Positions 1 to 9,519 of a DNA stretch of 64,000 nt are shown here, one piece after another. The position numbers were made by a program, and so were the translations under genes. Under the pieces are notes generated by a model, which made no database searches, was not told where the DNA came from, and saw only the letters and a list, made by a program, of their open reading frames with translations. The stretch spans positions 128,001 to 192,000 of the forward strand of contig CM000150.2 in assembly GCA_000004695.1 (NCBI GenBank), written 5' to 3'. The DNA comes from Dictyostelium discoideum (Eukaryota). Positions within the stretch are counted from its first letter, which is position 1; the number at the start of each line of letters is the position of its first letter.

Positions 1-117
1 ACTGGACCTTTGATTGAGTCAGGAGTAATAATGAGACATTTGAACGACCACTTCACCAAGTCTGATGATCTTGCTAAACCAAACATTTTACAGAGAACAA
101 GTGTCTTGTTTAATAGC
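1..117 (-). mobile_element. DIRS-1 fragment (ORF2 tyrosine-recombinase region, element coords ~3947-4068): left half of an older minus-oriented DIRS-1 copy split by nested insertion of copy 1
   Basis: Reverse complement of 3947-4068 of copy 1; abuts left ITR of copy 1 at 118; contiguous in element coordinates with fragment starting at 4935. Confidence 0.8.
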
Positions 118-450
118 GCATTTATATTATCATATATATATATATATTATGAATAACATTTATTTATTTGAATTTCCCAAATATTTAAGATAATTTTTTA
201 GAATGTTCTAGAACAATTGAAGAATAAAAAATTTTCGAAAGAAAAGTAAAAATTTCGAACCGGCACAATGACGCGATCATTGCGCAAGGTCGAAAAACTG
301 AAAAATTCCGAACCGACACTATGCACAAAGTTGTGAAGGGTCGAAAACTCTTATTTTTTTGAGTTTTGCGAAATTTTTGAGAAAATAAAAACGTATAAAT
401 AGTGGCACTAAAAACTAAAACAATTTGATTTATTTTATTTGGGAATTCCT
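118..450. repeat. DIRS-1 left inverted terminal repeat
   Basis: Inverted copy of 4596-4934; same sequence recurs at 8430-8752(rc), 10850-11180, 16990-17330. Confidence 0.8.
203..224. promoter_or_regulatory. Heat-shock-element-like GAAnnTTCnnGAA array in the DIRS-1 ITR (this copy has a degenerate 4th unit)
   Basis: gaatgttctagaacaattgaag; DIRS-1 ITR is a known heat-shock promoter (established knowledge). Confidence 0.5.
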
Positions 451-569
451 CCTATATATATTTAAGATACACACACATACAAATTTTATACAAATAATTA
501 TTTCTCTTTATTAATTTTTAATATTATTATTTTTTCTCATATTATAATTTTAGATATCAACAATAAAAT

Positions 570-1577
570 ATGTCTACCACTGTTAATAATAACGAAGCCT
601 CTAGTAGTAGTACCTCTGCCTCTAATAGCGCTGAATCCTTTGATTTAAGAATGAAATCAATGGAGGATCAAATCAACAACCTTTCCTTAGCCTTTACAAG
701 ATTCATGAAAGAACCTATGTTCTCTTCTAATACCAACTCACGTAGCCAACCTTCTCATGATAACTCTGACACCGAGAATGAACAAAGTGAAGATGAATCA
801 AGTAACAATGTCGATGTTCCAACCGATTATCAATTATCCGATACCTTACTTGGTCAGTACAAACATATGGTTAACAATCAAGGTTTACTCGTCGAAGAAG
901 AATGTATCCTCAAGAAAGATGAGATATCCGAATTGAATAAAGTATTCAACTTTCCATCTAACTTCCAAGTGAATGTCGCTCCATTCGGTACACCTGAAGG
1001 TATTACTGTATCATCCAACGTCAAGAACAATGATACTGACTTGTTGATTGTCGAAAAGCGAATCAACGATAGCTTAAAACCTTTGCTTCTCATGTCAAGT
1101 ATGTTATCATCTGATAGCTCCAATGTCGATGTAGAACTTATTAGTTACTTAACTCAGAGTGCAATCGTCTTAGCAGTTAATGCTCAAGCATCGCTTAGTC
1201 GTGTCCGTCGTAACAACATCGCTAAAGAAATCTATGGTTCTGAAGTACTCTTACCAATTAAGATCAAGGATACACCAAAGATGTTTGATGAAACTGAAAC
1301 TGAACGTGTAAGAAAGCTAGCCAAGTCAATCAGAAAGAACAACGAAGCAAAACAATCATTGTTAAAATTAAATTATCATTCCAAGACCAATGCAAAGAAA
1401 TTAGTTAACTCAAGTGGTAATAACACTACAGGAAACAGTAGTAATAGTAAATCCAGTAGTGGGAGTAATGGCCGATCTAACAACTTCAATGGATCACCAA
1501 GTAGTGTTGCATCAGGTAGCAACAATACCAAGTCTGCAAACGGTACCAACAACCGTTTTCAGAAGAACAAGAAGTAA
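570..1577 (+). CDS. DIRS-1 ORF1 (putative Gag-like, Ser/Asn-rich)
   Basis: 335-aa ORF directly downstream of left ITR; same protein in four other copies. Confidence 0.85.
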   Translation: MSTTVNNNEASSSSTSASNSAESFDLRMKSMEDQINNLSLAFTRFMKEPMFSSNTNSRSQPSHDNSDTENEQSEDESSNNVDVPTDYQLSDTLLGQYKHMVNNQGLLVEEECILKKDEISELNKVFNFPSNFQVNVAPFGTPEGITVSSNVKNNDTDLLIVEKRINDSLKPLLLMSSMLSSDSSNVDVELISYLTQSAIVLAVNAQASLSRVRRNNIAKEIYGSEVLLPIKIKDTPKMFDETETERVRKLAKSIRKNNEAKQSLLKLNYHSKTNAKKLVNSSGNNTTGNSSNSKSSSGSNGRSNNFNGSPSSVASGSNNTKSANGTNNRFQKNKK

Positions 1578-4491
1578 ACTTACCAGTAGGTGGACGTCTG
1601 TTCCACCACAAACAAGTTTGGAAAGAATTGGGTCTTCCAAACTTTTGTCAAGAGGTCGTAAATGGATTAAAAGTTCATCTACTTCCAAACTTCAAGCCGA
1701 TGCCAAACCCAATTCCGATTTCAATTCCAGAGGGTCCGAAATCAGATTGCATCACAAAGGAAGTACAAGACTTGTTATTAGACGATGCCATCGAACAAGT
1801 ACTTCCAAACCGTTATTCAAAGCGCGTTTTTTACTCCAACGTGTTTACGGTTCCAAAACCTGGAACGAATCTACATCGTCCAGTTCTCGATCTAAAAAGG
1901 TTAAACACTTACATCAACAACCAATCATTCAAGATGGAAGGAATCAAGAATCTACCATCAATGGTCAAACAAGGTTATTACATGGTAAAACTCGATATCA
2001 AGAAAGCTTACCTACACGTGTTAGTAGATCCACAATACAGAGACTTATTCCGCTTCGTGTGGAAAGGTTCGCACTACCGTTGGAAAACAATGCCGTTCGG
2101 GTTATCGACAGCTCCTCGTATCTTTACAATGCTGTTAAGACCTGCACTTCGAATGTTGAGAGATATCAACGTATCCGTCATCGCTTACTTGGACGATCTA
2201 TTAATCGTAGGTTCAACAAAAGAAGAATGTTTATCCAACCTCAAAAAGACAATGAACTTACTTGTCAAACTAGGTTTCAAGTTAAATCTAGAAAAGAGTG
2301 TTCTCGAACCAACTCAATCAATTACGTTTCTCGGATTACAAATCGATTCGGTATCAATGAAACTTCTTGTTCCCAAAGAAAAGAAGAAAAGTGTAATCAA
2401 GGAAATAAGAAACTTTTTAAAACTAGATTGTTGCTCCCCAAGAAAGCTTGCTGGTTTAAAAGGAAAGCTAATCGCACTGAAAGATGCAGTCATCCCATTC
2501 AGACTTTACACTCGTCGAACAAACAAGTTTCACTCTCAGTGTCTGACTCTAGCCAACGGAGATTGGGATCAATCATTCCCCATTCCTCAAGAGGTCAAGT
2601 CAGAGATTTCACATTGGTTAACAGTTCTAAACCAATGGAATGGAAAAGAAATCAGTCTGTTTCCAAGTTACGACTATGTTCTTACAACCGATGCCTCGGA
2701 ATCAGGTGCAGGTGCCACACTCAAGAAAGGAAACAAGGTAATCAAAACTTGGTCATTCCAGTGGTCAATAACTCAATCAAACATGTCGTCAAATCGTCGA
2801 GAAATGCTCGCGCTGCTAATGGCTTATCAAGCGCTATGTCGGAAACTGAACAACTGCAAGCTGAAGATTCAAACCGACAACACTACCACTCTCTCTTACA
2901 TCAATCGCCAGGGTGGTCAAATACAAGATCTCTCAGTTCTATTCGAACAACTTTGGAAACAATGCCTCAAGAAGAAAGTGAACTTAATTGGAGAGCATAT
3001 TCCAGGATTCTTCAATGTAAAAGCCGACCACCTCAGTCGTCTTTCAGAGATGAATCACAAATCATCGACCAGAGTAATCAAGAGTTACAACTGGCAACTG
3101 AAGAAGGAAGTGTTCAATCGCATTCAACTTCAATTCGGTCAAATACAGATGGATCTGTTCGCATCTCACCTGAACCATCAAACGAACAACTACTCAACAA
3201 TCAGAATGAATGCACTCCACCTCGATTGGAGTCAATGGAAGCAATGTCTGGCCTTCCCACCACCCATTCTTTTGCCTTCTATCCTGGAGAAGATGAACTC
3301 ATCCAGTTCGAAAAAGGTTTCTATAATACTGATCTTCCCAATCTGGAGATCAGCAACTTGGTATCCGATGATTCAAGCACAAGTTCCTCGTCATCATCGT
3401 CACATGTTTCCTCAAGTACTGGGAACATTCCAAGAAGTATTGACCAAACAATCAGTAGAGTCGATACCAATCCAGATTCAACAACGTTGGAAACTGGGGA
3501 TTATTCAACTTTCCAATCTCATGTAATGTCCTTCGCTCGTACAACAAATATAAAAACAGCTGAGCTGTTAATGAAGTCTTGGGAACCTTCCACTCTCAAA
3601 GTATATAGCTCCAGTTATACAAGATTCCGCAATTTCTGTACTTTGAACTCTTTGAATCCAGCAAACATTACCTTAGTTGTTTTCATGGATTATCTTACAC
3701 ATCTGTTCAAACACAAACCTCCGTTAGCCTTCTCAACAATTAACGGTCATCGCTCTATGTTGAACCAGTTGTTACTCCTTAGGAATCAAACTGATATTGT
3801 TAATGATCCATTCATCACAAGAATTATGACTGGTATTCACAAGTTGCGTCCTTCATCTGCAAAGTATAAAGAGATATGGGATGCAAACCAAGTATTCAAG
3901 CACTTATCTACTATCAAAGTTATCCCTAAGTACACATACACTGCGCTATTAAACAAGACACTTGTACTCTGTAAAATGTTTGGTTTAGCAAGATCATCAG
4001 ACTTGGTGAAGTGGTCGTTCAAAGGTCTCATTATTACTCCTGACTCAATCAAAGGTCCAGTTATCAATGCTAAAGAACAAAGAAGTGGTGTTGTTTCAAT
4101 CTTAGAATTAACATCGTTAGATGATACAAACTCTCAAGTATGCCCTGTTCGCCACCTTGCAACATACCTTAGAGCCTCAAAAGGAAGAAGAAAGCCCCAT
4201 TCGGGTGACTCTGTCTTTATTAAGAATGAGGGTGAACCACTCCAAGTTAATGATATTAACTCAATTGTATTATCAACGCTCTCAAAGTCAGGCATTGATA
4301 TTGTCAAGTTCAAATCTCACTCTACCCGTTCCGCTATGGCTTCTCTGCTGTTGTCCAATAACGTTCCGTTCCACGTTGTCAAGAAGATGGGTCGTTGGAA
4401 ATCAAACGATACTGTAGATACCTTCTACGATAAGAGAATCATTGGTGAAAAATCTGGTGGTTTCTTAAATACTGTCGTCCAAATTTCATAA
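1414..4491 (+). CDS. DIRS-1 long ORF2; C-terminal ~320 aa is the tyrosine recombinase (HSTRSA box ~4317-4328, catalytic Tyr in GRWKSNDTVDTFY ~4417-4431); N-terminal part overlaps RT frame and is probably not a globular domain
   Basis: lambda-integrase-like H-x-x-R and terminal Y motifs; established DIRS architecture. Confidence 0.75.
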   Translation: MVITLQETVVIVNPVVGVMADLTTSMDHQVVLHQVATIPSLQTVPTTVFRRTRSKLTSRWTSVPPQTSLERIGSSKLLSRGRKWIKSSSTSKLQADAKPNSDFNSRGSEIRLHHKGSTRLVIRRCHRTSTSKPLFKARFLLQRVYGSKTWNESTSSSSRSKKVKHLHQQPIIQDGRNQESTINGQTRLLHGKTRYQESLPTRVSRSTIQRLIPLRVERFALPLENNAVRVIDSSSYLYNAVKTCTSNVERYQRIRHRLLGRSINRRFNKRRMFIQPQKDNELTCQTRFQVKSRKECSRTNSINYVSRITNRFGINETSCSQRKEEKCNQGNKKLFKTRLLLPKKACWFKRKANRTERCSHPIQTLHSSNKQVSLSVSDSSQRRLGSIIPHSSRGQVRDFTLVNSSKPMEWKRNQSVSKLRLCSYNRCLGIRCRCHTQERKQGNQNLVIPVVNNSIKHVVKSSRNARAANGLSSAMSETEQLQAEDSNRQHYHSLLHQSPGWSNTRSLSSIRTTLETMPQEESELNWRAYSRILQCKSRPPQSSFRDESQIIDQSNQELQLATEEGSVQSHSTSIRSNTDGSVRISPEPSNEQLLNNQNECTPPRLESMEAMSGLPTTHSFAFYPGEDELIQFEKGFYNTDLPNLEISNLVSDDSSTSSSSSSSHVSSSTGNIPRSIDQTISRVDTNPDSTTLETGDYSTFQSHVMSFARTTNIKTAELLMKSWEPSTLKVYSSSYTRFRNFCTLNSLNPANITLVVFMDYLTHLFKHKPPLAFSTINGHRSMLNQLLLLRNQTDIVNDPFITRIMTGIHKLRPSSAKYKEIWDANQVFKHLSTIKVIPKYTYTALLNKTLVLCKMFGLARSSDLVKWSFKGLIITPDSIKGPVINAKEQRSGVVSILELTSLDDTNSQVCPVRHLATYLRASKGRRKPHSGDSVFIKNEGEPLQVNDINSIVLSTLSKSGIDIVKFKSHSTRSAMASLLLSNNVPFHVVKKMGRWKSNDTVDTFYDKRIIGEKSGGFLNTVVQIS
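1628..3526 (+). CDS. DIRS-1 RT/RNase H ORF (reverse transcriptase YLDD motif ~2187-2198; RNase H TTDASESGAG)
   Basis: IAYLDDLLIVG motif; FGLSTAPRIF box; overlaps the long ORF2 in another frame as described for DIRS-1. Confidence 0.85.
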   Translation: MGLPNFCQEVVNGLKVHLLPNFKPMPNPIPISIPEGPKSDCITKEVQDLLLDDAIEQVLPNRYSKRVFYSNVFTVPKPGTNLHRPVLDLKRLNTYINNQSFKMEGIKNLPSMVKQGYYMVKLDIKKAYLHVLVDPQYRDLFRFVWKGSHYRWKTMPFGLSTAPRIFTMLLRPALRMLRDINVSVIAYLDDLLIVGSTKEECLSNLKKTMNLLVKLGFKLNLEKSVLEPTQSITFLGLQIDSVSMKLLVPKEKKKSVIKEIRNFLKLDCCSPRKLAGLKGKLIALKDAVIPFRLYTRRTNKFHSQCLTLANGDWDQSFPIPQEVKSEISHWLTVLNQWNGKEISLFPSYDYVLTTDASESGAGATLKKGNKVIKTWSFQWSITQSNMSSNRREMLALLMAYQALCRKLNNCKLKIQTDNTTTLSYINRQGGQIQDLSVLFEQLWKQCLKKKVNLIGEHIPGFFNVKADHLSRLSEMNHKSSTRVIKSYNWQLKKEVFNRIQLQFGQIQMDLFASHLNHQTNNYSTIRMNALHLDWSQWKQCLAFPPPILLPSILEKMNSSSSKKVSIILIFPIWRSATWYPMIQAQVPRHHRHMFPQVLGTFQEVLTKQSVESIPIQIQQRWKLGIIQLSNLM

Positions 4492-4595
4492 TATATATAT
4501 ATATATGATAATATAAATTAAAAATTTAATTTATTAAATTATATTTTATATTAAATATATATATATATATTGGTCCCATCCCACCCGCCCTTAGT

Positions 4596-4934
4596 CGGAA
4601 TTCCATAAATCAAATTGTTTTAGTTTTTAGTGCCACTATTTATACGTTTTTATTTTCTCAAAAATTTCGCAAAACTCAAAAAAATAAGAGTTTTCGACCC
4701 TTCACAACTTTGTGCATAGTGTCGGTTCGGAATTTTTCAGTTTTTCGACCTTGCGCAATGATCGCGTCATTGTGCCGGTTCGAAATTTTTACTTTTCTTT
4801 CGAAAATTTTTTATTCTTCAATTGTTCTAGAACATTCTAAAAAATTATTTTAAATATTTGGGAAATTCAAATAAATAAATGTTATTCATAATATATATAT
4901 ATATATTTAATATAAAATATAATTTAATAAATTA
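4596..4934. repeat. DIRS-1 right inverted terminal repeat
   Basis: Reverse complement of left ITR core; ends ...aaatttttaa immediately before the host DIRS fragment. Confidence 0.8.
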
Positions 4935-4939
4935 AATTT

Positions 4940-7495
4940 TTAAGTGTATGTGTACTTAGGGATGACTTTGATAGTAGATAAGTGCTTGAATACTTGATTT
5001 GCATCCCATATCTCTTTATACTTTGCTGATGAAGGGCGCAACTTGTGAATACCAGTCATAATTCTTGTAATGAATGGATCATTAACAATATCAGTTTGAT
5101 TCCTAAGGAGTAACAACTGATTCAACATAGAGCGATGACCGTTAATTGTTGAGAAGGCTAACGGAGGTTTGTGCTTGAACAGATGTGTAAGATAATCCAT
5201 GAAAACAACTAAGGTAATGTTTGCTGGATTCAAAGAGTTCAAAGTACAGAAATTGCGGAATCTTGTATAACTGGAGCTATATACTTTGAGAGTTGAAGGT
5301 TCCCAAGACTTCATTAACAGCTCAGCTGTTTTTGTATTTGTTGTACGAGCGAATGACATTACATGAGATTGGAAAGTTGAATAATCCCCAGCTTCCAACG
5401 TTGTTGAATCTGGATTGGTATCGACTCTACTGATTGTTTGGTCAATACTTCTTGGAATGTTCCCAGTATTTGAGGAAACATGTGACGATGATGACGAGGA
5501 ACTTGAGCTTGAATCATCGGATACCAAGTTGCTGATCTCCAGATTGGGAAGATCAGTATTATAGAAACCTTCTTCGAACTGGATGAATTCATCTTCTCCA
5601 GGATAGAAGGCAAAAGAATGGGTGGTGGGAAGGCTAGACATTGCTTCCATTGACTCCAATCGAGGTGGAGTGCATTCATTCTGATTGTTGAGTAGTTGTT
5701 CGTTTGATGGTTGAGATGAGATGCGAACAGATCCATCTGTATTTGACCGAATTGGAGTTGGATGCGATTGAACACTTCCTTCTTCAGTTGCCAGTTGTAA
5801 CTCTTGATTACTCTGGTCGATGATTTGTGATTCATCTCTGAAAGACGACTGAGGTAGTCGGCTTTTACATTGAAGAATCCTGGAATATGCTCTCCAATCA
5901 AGTTCACTTTCTTCTTGAGGCATTGTTTCCATAGTTGTTCGAATAGAACTGAGAGATCCTGTATCTGACCACCCTGGCGATTGATGTAAGAGAGAGTGGT
6001 AGTGTTGTCGGTTTGAATCTTCAGCTTGCAGTTGTTCAGTTTCCGACATAGCGCTTGATAGGCCATTAGCAGCGCGAGCATTTCTCGACGATTTGACGAC
6101 ATGTTTGATTGAGTTGTTGACCACTGGAATGACCAAGTTTTGATTACCTTGTTTCCTTTCTTGAGTGTGGCACCTGCACCTGATTCCGAGGCATCGGTTG
6201 TAAGAACATAGTCGTAACTTGGAAACAGACTGATTTCTTTTCCATTCCATTGGTTTAGAACTGTTAACCAATGTGAAATCTCTGACTTGACCTCTTGAGG
6301 AATGGGGAATGATTGATCCCAATCTCCATTGGCTAGAGTCAGACACTGAGAGTGAAACTTGTTTGTTCGACGAGTGTAAAGTCTGAATGGGATGACTGCA
6401 TCTTTCAGTGCGATTAACTTTCCTTTTAAACCAGCAAGCTTTCTTGGGGAGCAACAATCTAGTTTTAAAAAGTTTCTTATTTCTTTGATGACACTTTTCT
6501 TCTTTTCTTTGGGAACAAGAAGCTTCATTGATACCGAATCGATTTGTAATCCGAGAAAAGTAATTGATTGAGTTGGTTCGAGAACACTCTTTTCTAGATT
6601 TAACTTGAAGCCTAGTTTGACAAGTAAGTCCATAGTCTTTTTGAGGTTGGATAAACATTCTTCTTTTGTTGAACCGACGATTAATAGATCGTCCAAGTAA
6701 GCGATGACGGATACGTTGATATCTCTCAACATTCGAAGTACAGGTCTTAGCAGCATTGTAAAGATACGAGGAGCTGTCGATAACCCGAATGGCATTGTTT
6801 TCCAACGGTAGTGCGAACCTTTCCACACGAAGCGGAATAAGTCTCTGTATTGTGGGTCTACTAACACGTGGAGGTAGGCTTTCTTGATATCGAGTTTTAC
6901 CATGTAATAACCTTGTTTGACCATTGACGGTAGATTCTTGATTCCTTCCATCTTGAATGATTGGTTGTTGATGAAGGTGTTTAACCTTTTTAAATCTAGA
7001 ACTGGACGATGTAGATTCGTTCCAGGTTTTGGAACCGTAAACACGTTGGAGTAAAAAACGCGCTTTGAATAACGGTTTGGAAGTACTTGTTCGATAGCAT
7101 CGTCTAATAACAAGTCTTGTACTTCCTTTGTGATGCAATCTGATTTGGGACCCTCTGGAATTGAAATCGGAATTGGGTTTAGCATCGGCTTGAAATTTGG
7201 AAGCAGATGGACTTTTAATCCATTTACGACCTCTTGACAAAAGTTTGGAAGACCCAATTCTTTCCAAACTTGTTTGTGGTTGAACAGACGTCCACCTACT
7301 GGTAAGTTTACTTCTTGTTCTTCTGAAAACGGTTGTTGGTACCGTTGGCAGACTTGGTATTGTTGCTACCTGATGCAACATTACTTGGTGATCCATTGAA
7401 GTTGTTAGATCGGCCATTACTCCCACTACTGGATTTACTATTGCTACTGTTTCCTGTAGTGTTATTACCACTTGAGTTAACTGATTTCTTGACAT
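4940..7495 (-). pseudogene. DIRS-1 ORF2, interrupted (C-terminal ~190 aa of the recombinase separated to 1-117 and beyond window)
   Basis: 851-aa ORF ends at ...VIPKYTYT, exactly the nested-insertion breakpoint. Confidence 0.7.
5359..7257 (-). CDS. DIRS-1 RT/RNase H ORF (copy 2)
   Basis: 632 aa, ~99% identical to 1628..3526 product. Confidence 0.8.
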   Translation of the reverse strand: MGLPNFCQEVVNGLKVHLLPNFKPMLNPIPISIPEGPKSDCITKEVQDLLLDDAIEQVLPNRYSKRVFYSNVFTVPKPGTNLHRPVLDLKRLNTFINNQSFKMEGIKNLPSMVKQGYYMVKLDIKKAYLHVLVDPQYRDLFRFVWKGSHYRWKTMPFGLSTAPRIFTMLLRPVLRMLRDINVSVIAYLDDLLIVGSTKEECLSNLKKTMDLLVKLGFKLNLEKSVLEPTQSITFLGLQIDSVSMKLLVPKEKKKSVIKEIRNFLKLDCCSPRKLAGLKGKLIALKDAVIPFRLYTRRTNKFHSQCLTLANGDWDQSFPIPQEVKSEISHWLTVLNQWNGKEISLFPSYDYVLTTDASESGAGATLKKGNKVIKTWSFQWSTTQSNMSSNRREMLALLMAYQALCRKLNNCKLKIQTDNTTTLSYINRQGGQIQDLSVLFEQLWKQCLKKKVNLIGEHIPGFFNVKADYLSRLSEMNHKSSTRVIKSYNWQLKKEVFNRIQLQFGQIQMDLFASHLNHQTNNYSTIRMNALHLDWSQWKQCLAFPPPILLPSILEKMNSSSSKKVSIILIFPIWRSATWYPMIQAQVPRHHRHMFPQILGTFQEVLTKQSVESIPIQIQQRWKLGIIQLSNLM

Positions 7496-8312
7496 TGGAC
7501 TTGGAATGATAATTCAATTTTAACAATGATTGTTTAGCTTCGTTGTTCTTTCTGATTGACTTGGCTAGCTTTCTTACACGTTCAGTTTCAGTTTCATCAA
7601 ACATCTTTGGTGTATCCTTGATCTTAATTGGTAAGAGTACTTCAGAACCATAGATTTCTTTAGCGATGTTGTTACGACGGACACGACTAAGCGATGCTTG
7701 AGCATTAACGGCTAAGACGATTGCACTCTGAGTTAAATAACTAATAAGTTCTACATCGACATTAGAGCTATCAGATGATAACATACTTGACATGAGAAGC
7801 AAAGGTTTTAAGCTATCGTTGATTCGCTTTTCGACAATCAACAAGTCAGTATCATTGTTCTTGACGTTGGATGATACAGTAATACCTTCAGGTGTACCGA
7901 ATGGAGCGACATTCACTTGGAAGTTAGATGGAAAGTTGAATACTTTATTCAATTCGGATATCTCATCTTTCTTGAGGATACATTCTTCGACAAGTAAACC
8001 TTGATTGTTTACCATATGTTTGTACTGACCAAGTAAAGTATCGGATAATTGATAATCGGTTGGAACATCGACATTGTTACTTGATTCATCTTCACTTTGT
8101 TCATTCTCGGTGTCAGAGTTATCATGAGAAGGTTGGCTACGTGAATTGGTATTAGATGAGAACATAGGTTCTTTCATGAATCTAGTAAAGGCTAAGGAAA
8201 GGTTGTTGATTTGATCCTCCATTGATTTCATTCTTAAATCAAAGGATTCAGCGCTATTAGAGGCAGAGGTATTGCTACTAGAGGCTTCATTATTATTATC
8301 AGTGGTAGACAT
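7308..8312 (-). CDS. DIRS-1 ORF1 (copy 2)
   Basis: 334 aa, near-identical to 570..1577 product. Confidence 0.8.
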   Translation of the reverse strand: MSTTDNNNEASSSNTSASNSAESFDLRMKSMEDQINNLSLAFTRFMKEPMFSSNTNSRSQPSHDNSDTENEQSEDESSNNVDVPTDYQLSDTLLGQYKHMVNNQGLLVEECILKKDEISELNKVFNFPSNFQVNVAPFGTPEGITVSSNVKNNDTDLLIVEKRINDSLKPLLLMSSMLSSDSSNVDVELISYLTQSAIVLAVNAQASLSRVRRNNIAKEIYGSEVLLPIKIKDTPKMFDETETERVRKLAKSIRKNNEAKQSLLKLNYHSKSNVKKSVNSSGNNTTGNSSNSKSSSGSNGRSNNFNGSPSNVASGSNNTKSANGTNNRFQKNKK

Positions 8313-8429
8313 ATTTTATTGTTGATATCTAAAATTATAATATGAGAAAAATAATAATATTAAAAATTTATAAAGAGAAATAATTATTTGTATAAAATTT
8401 GTGTGTGTGTGTATCTTAAATATATATAG

Positions 8430-8752
8430 GAGGAATTCCCAAATAAAAATTGTTTTTAGTTTTTAGTGCTACTATTTATACGTTTTTATTTTCTTAAAAA
8501 TTTCGCAAAACTCAAAAAAATAAGAGTTTTCGACCCTTCACAACTTTGTGCATAGTGTCGGTTCGGAATTTTTCAGTTTTTCGACCTTGCGCAATGATCG
8601 CGTCATTGTGCCGGTTCGAAATTTTTACTTTTCTTTCGAAAATTTTTTATTCTTCGAATGTTCTAGAACATTCTAAAAAATTATCTTAAATATTTGGGAA
8701 ATTCAAATAAATAAATGTTATTCATAATATATATATATATATGATAATATAA
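8430..8752. repeat. DIRS-1 left ITR (inverted orientation) with HSE-like site at ~8653-8676
   Basis: cgaatgttctagaacattctaaaa; terminus ...gataatataaaa at 8752. Confidence 0.75.
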
Positions 8753-8773
8753 AAGACTGATCAATACCCATCA

Positions 8774-9034
8774 CTAATTTACCATTAGGGCAGGGGATCT
8801 CACGGATACTAGATTGCGCAAAACTTCCCGTATTCTCATCAATAAGAAGATATGTGGTGATTGTATCCACAGTGGGGGCTGGGATGGTCCCAATGCCGTG
8901 TTCCAGGCCTGATAAAACTTATCAGAATTAGAACCGCCATCTTGCACAACTATCGCTGGTGTTAATGTAGCAGCCGCAACAAACAACCCTTGATCAAATT
9001 TTAATCTATTTCCTGCCTTCGCACTAATACGCAC
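8774..9034 (-). CDS. Hypothetical ORF, possibly the frameshifted continuation of the upstream tail-fibre-like gene
   Basis: Same strand, 100 bp downstream, GC-normal codon usage. Confidence 0.2.
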   Translation of the reverse strand: MRISAKAGNRLKFDQGLFVAAATLTPAIVVQDGGSNSDKFYQAWNTALGPSQPPLWIQSPHIFLLMRIREVLRNLVSVRSPALMVN

Positions 9035-9135
9035 ATCTCAACTATCGGAAGCAGGACCCGCCATCATATTTAAAATGATAGGTGTGCCGCCATCTTCCAT
9101 GTACGCTATGAGTGTTGCGTTCTGAATTGTAGGAC

Positions 9136-9519
9136 CTAGTGCACCATTACCGTAAGCTTGAATGAACTGGCCCTTAGGGGTAGGAATACCGTTATCGCGC
9201 CTGGAGCTGATAATATTTCGTTGTCCGTAACATCCTGTTTCGTGTAAGCCGTGTGAGTAGCCACTGATACTTTGGGTGCTGTAAAGACGTCTTTCACAAT
9301 GTCATTAATCTCTGCAGCGGTCACAACACCGCCCTGGATAACTTCCTCTATGTCTGGTAATCCTCCGTTACCACCACCACCGCCCGCTAATGCGATTATA
9401 TCGCCTAACGTTGCTTTCCTTAAGGCTAATCGTCCATCTTCATTTAGTTGGGAAATCGCAACAATCTCCTGACCCGTTATAGTTTGAGCTGCTGGTAATG
9501 TAGAAAATTTAACAGCCAT
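9136..9519 (-). CDS. Hypothetical protein with phage tail-fibre N-terminal-like sequence (MAVKFSTLPAAQTITGQEIVAISQ...GGGGGNGGLPD); likely a truncated gene
   Basis: GGAG Shine-Dalgarno 7 nt upstream of the internal ATG (ttatGGAGcgttattATG); resemblance to P2-gpH/lambda-Stf-type N-termini is from memory, not searched. Confidence 0.35.
   Translation of the reverse strand: MAVKFSTLPAAQTITGQEIVAISQLNEDGRLALRKATLGDIIALAGGGGGNGGLPDIEEVIQGGVVTAAEINDIVKDVFTAPKVSVATHTAYTKQDVTDNEILSAPGAITVFLPLRASSFKLTVMVH

Larger units (their letters stand above)
118..4934 (+). mobile_element. DIRS-1 retroelement, full-length copy (4817 bp): ITR-ORF1-RT/RNaseH-tyrosine recombinase-ITR
   Basis: Non-identical inverted terminal repeats ~330 bp, three ORFs in canonical DIRS-1 layout, size 4.8 kb, no target-site duplication. 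Confidence 0.9.
4935..8752 (-). mobile_element. DIRS-1 copy 2 (minus), right half of the older copy split by copy 1; contains ORF1, RT ORF and truncated recombinase ORF plus left ITR
   Basis: Sequence starts at element coord ~3944, contiguous with fragment 1-117; ITR ends at 8752. Confidence 0.85.

Noticed and set aside
1414-3500. N-terminal ~700 aa of the 1025-aa DIRS ORF2 as a real protein domain
   Set aside because: Overlaps the RT/RNase H ORF in another frame and reads as Arg/Ser-rich low-complexity sequence; only the C-terminal recombinase part has motifs
878-4417. Short ORFs 878..1123(-), 3837..4067(-), 4121..4417(+), 7792..8004(+), 19952..20248(+)
   Set aside because: Nested inside DIRS-1 ORFs in other frames/strands and recur in every copy only because the element is repeated; no independent support
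9272-9472. ORF 9272..9472 (+) in island A
   Set aside because: Antisense to the SD-preceded tail-fibre-like ORF; Pro/Ser-rich mirror translation
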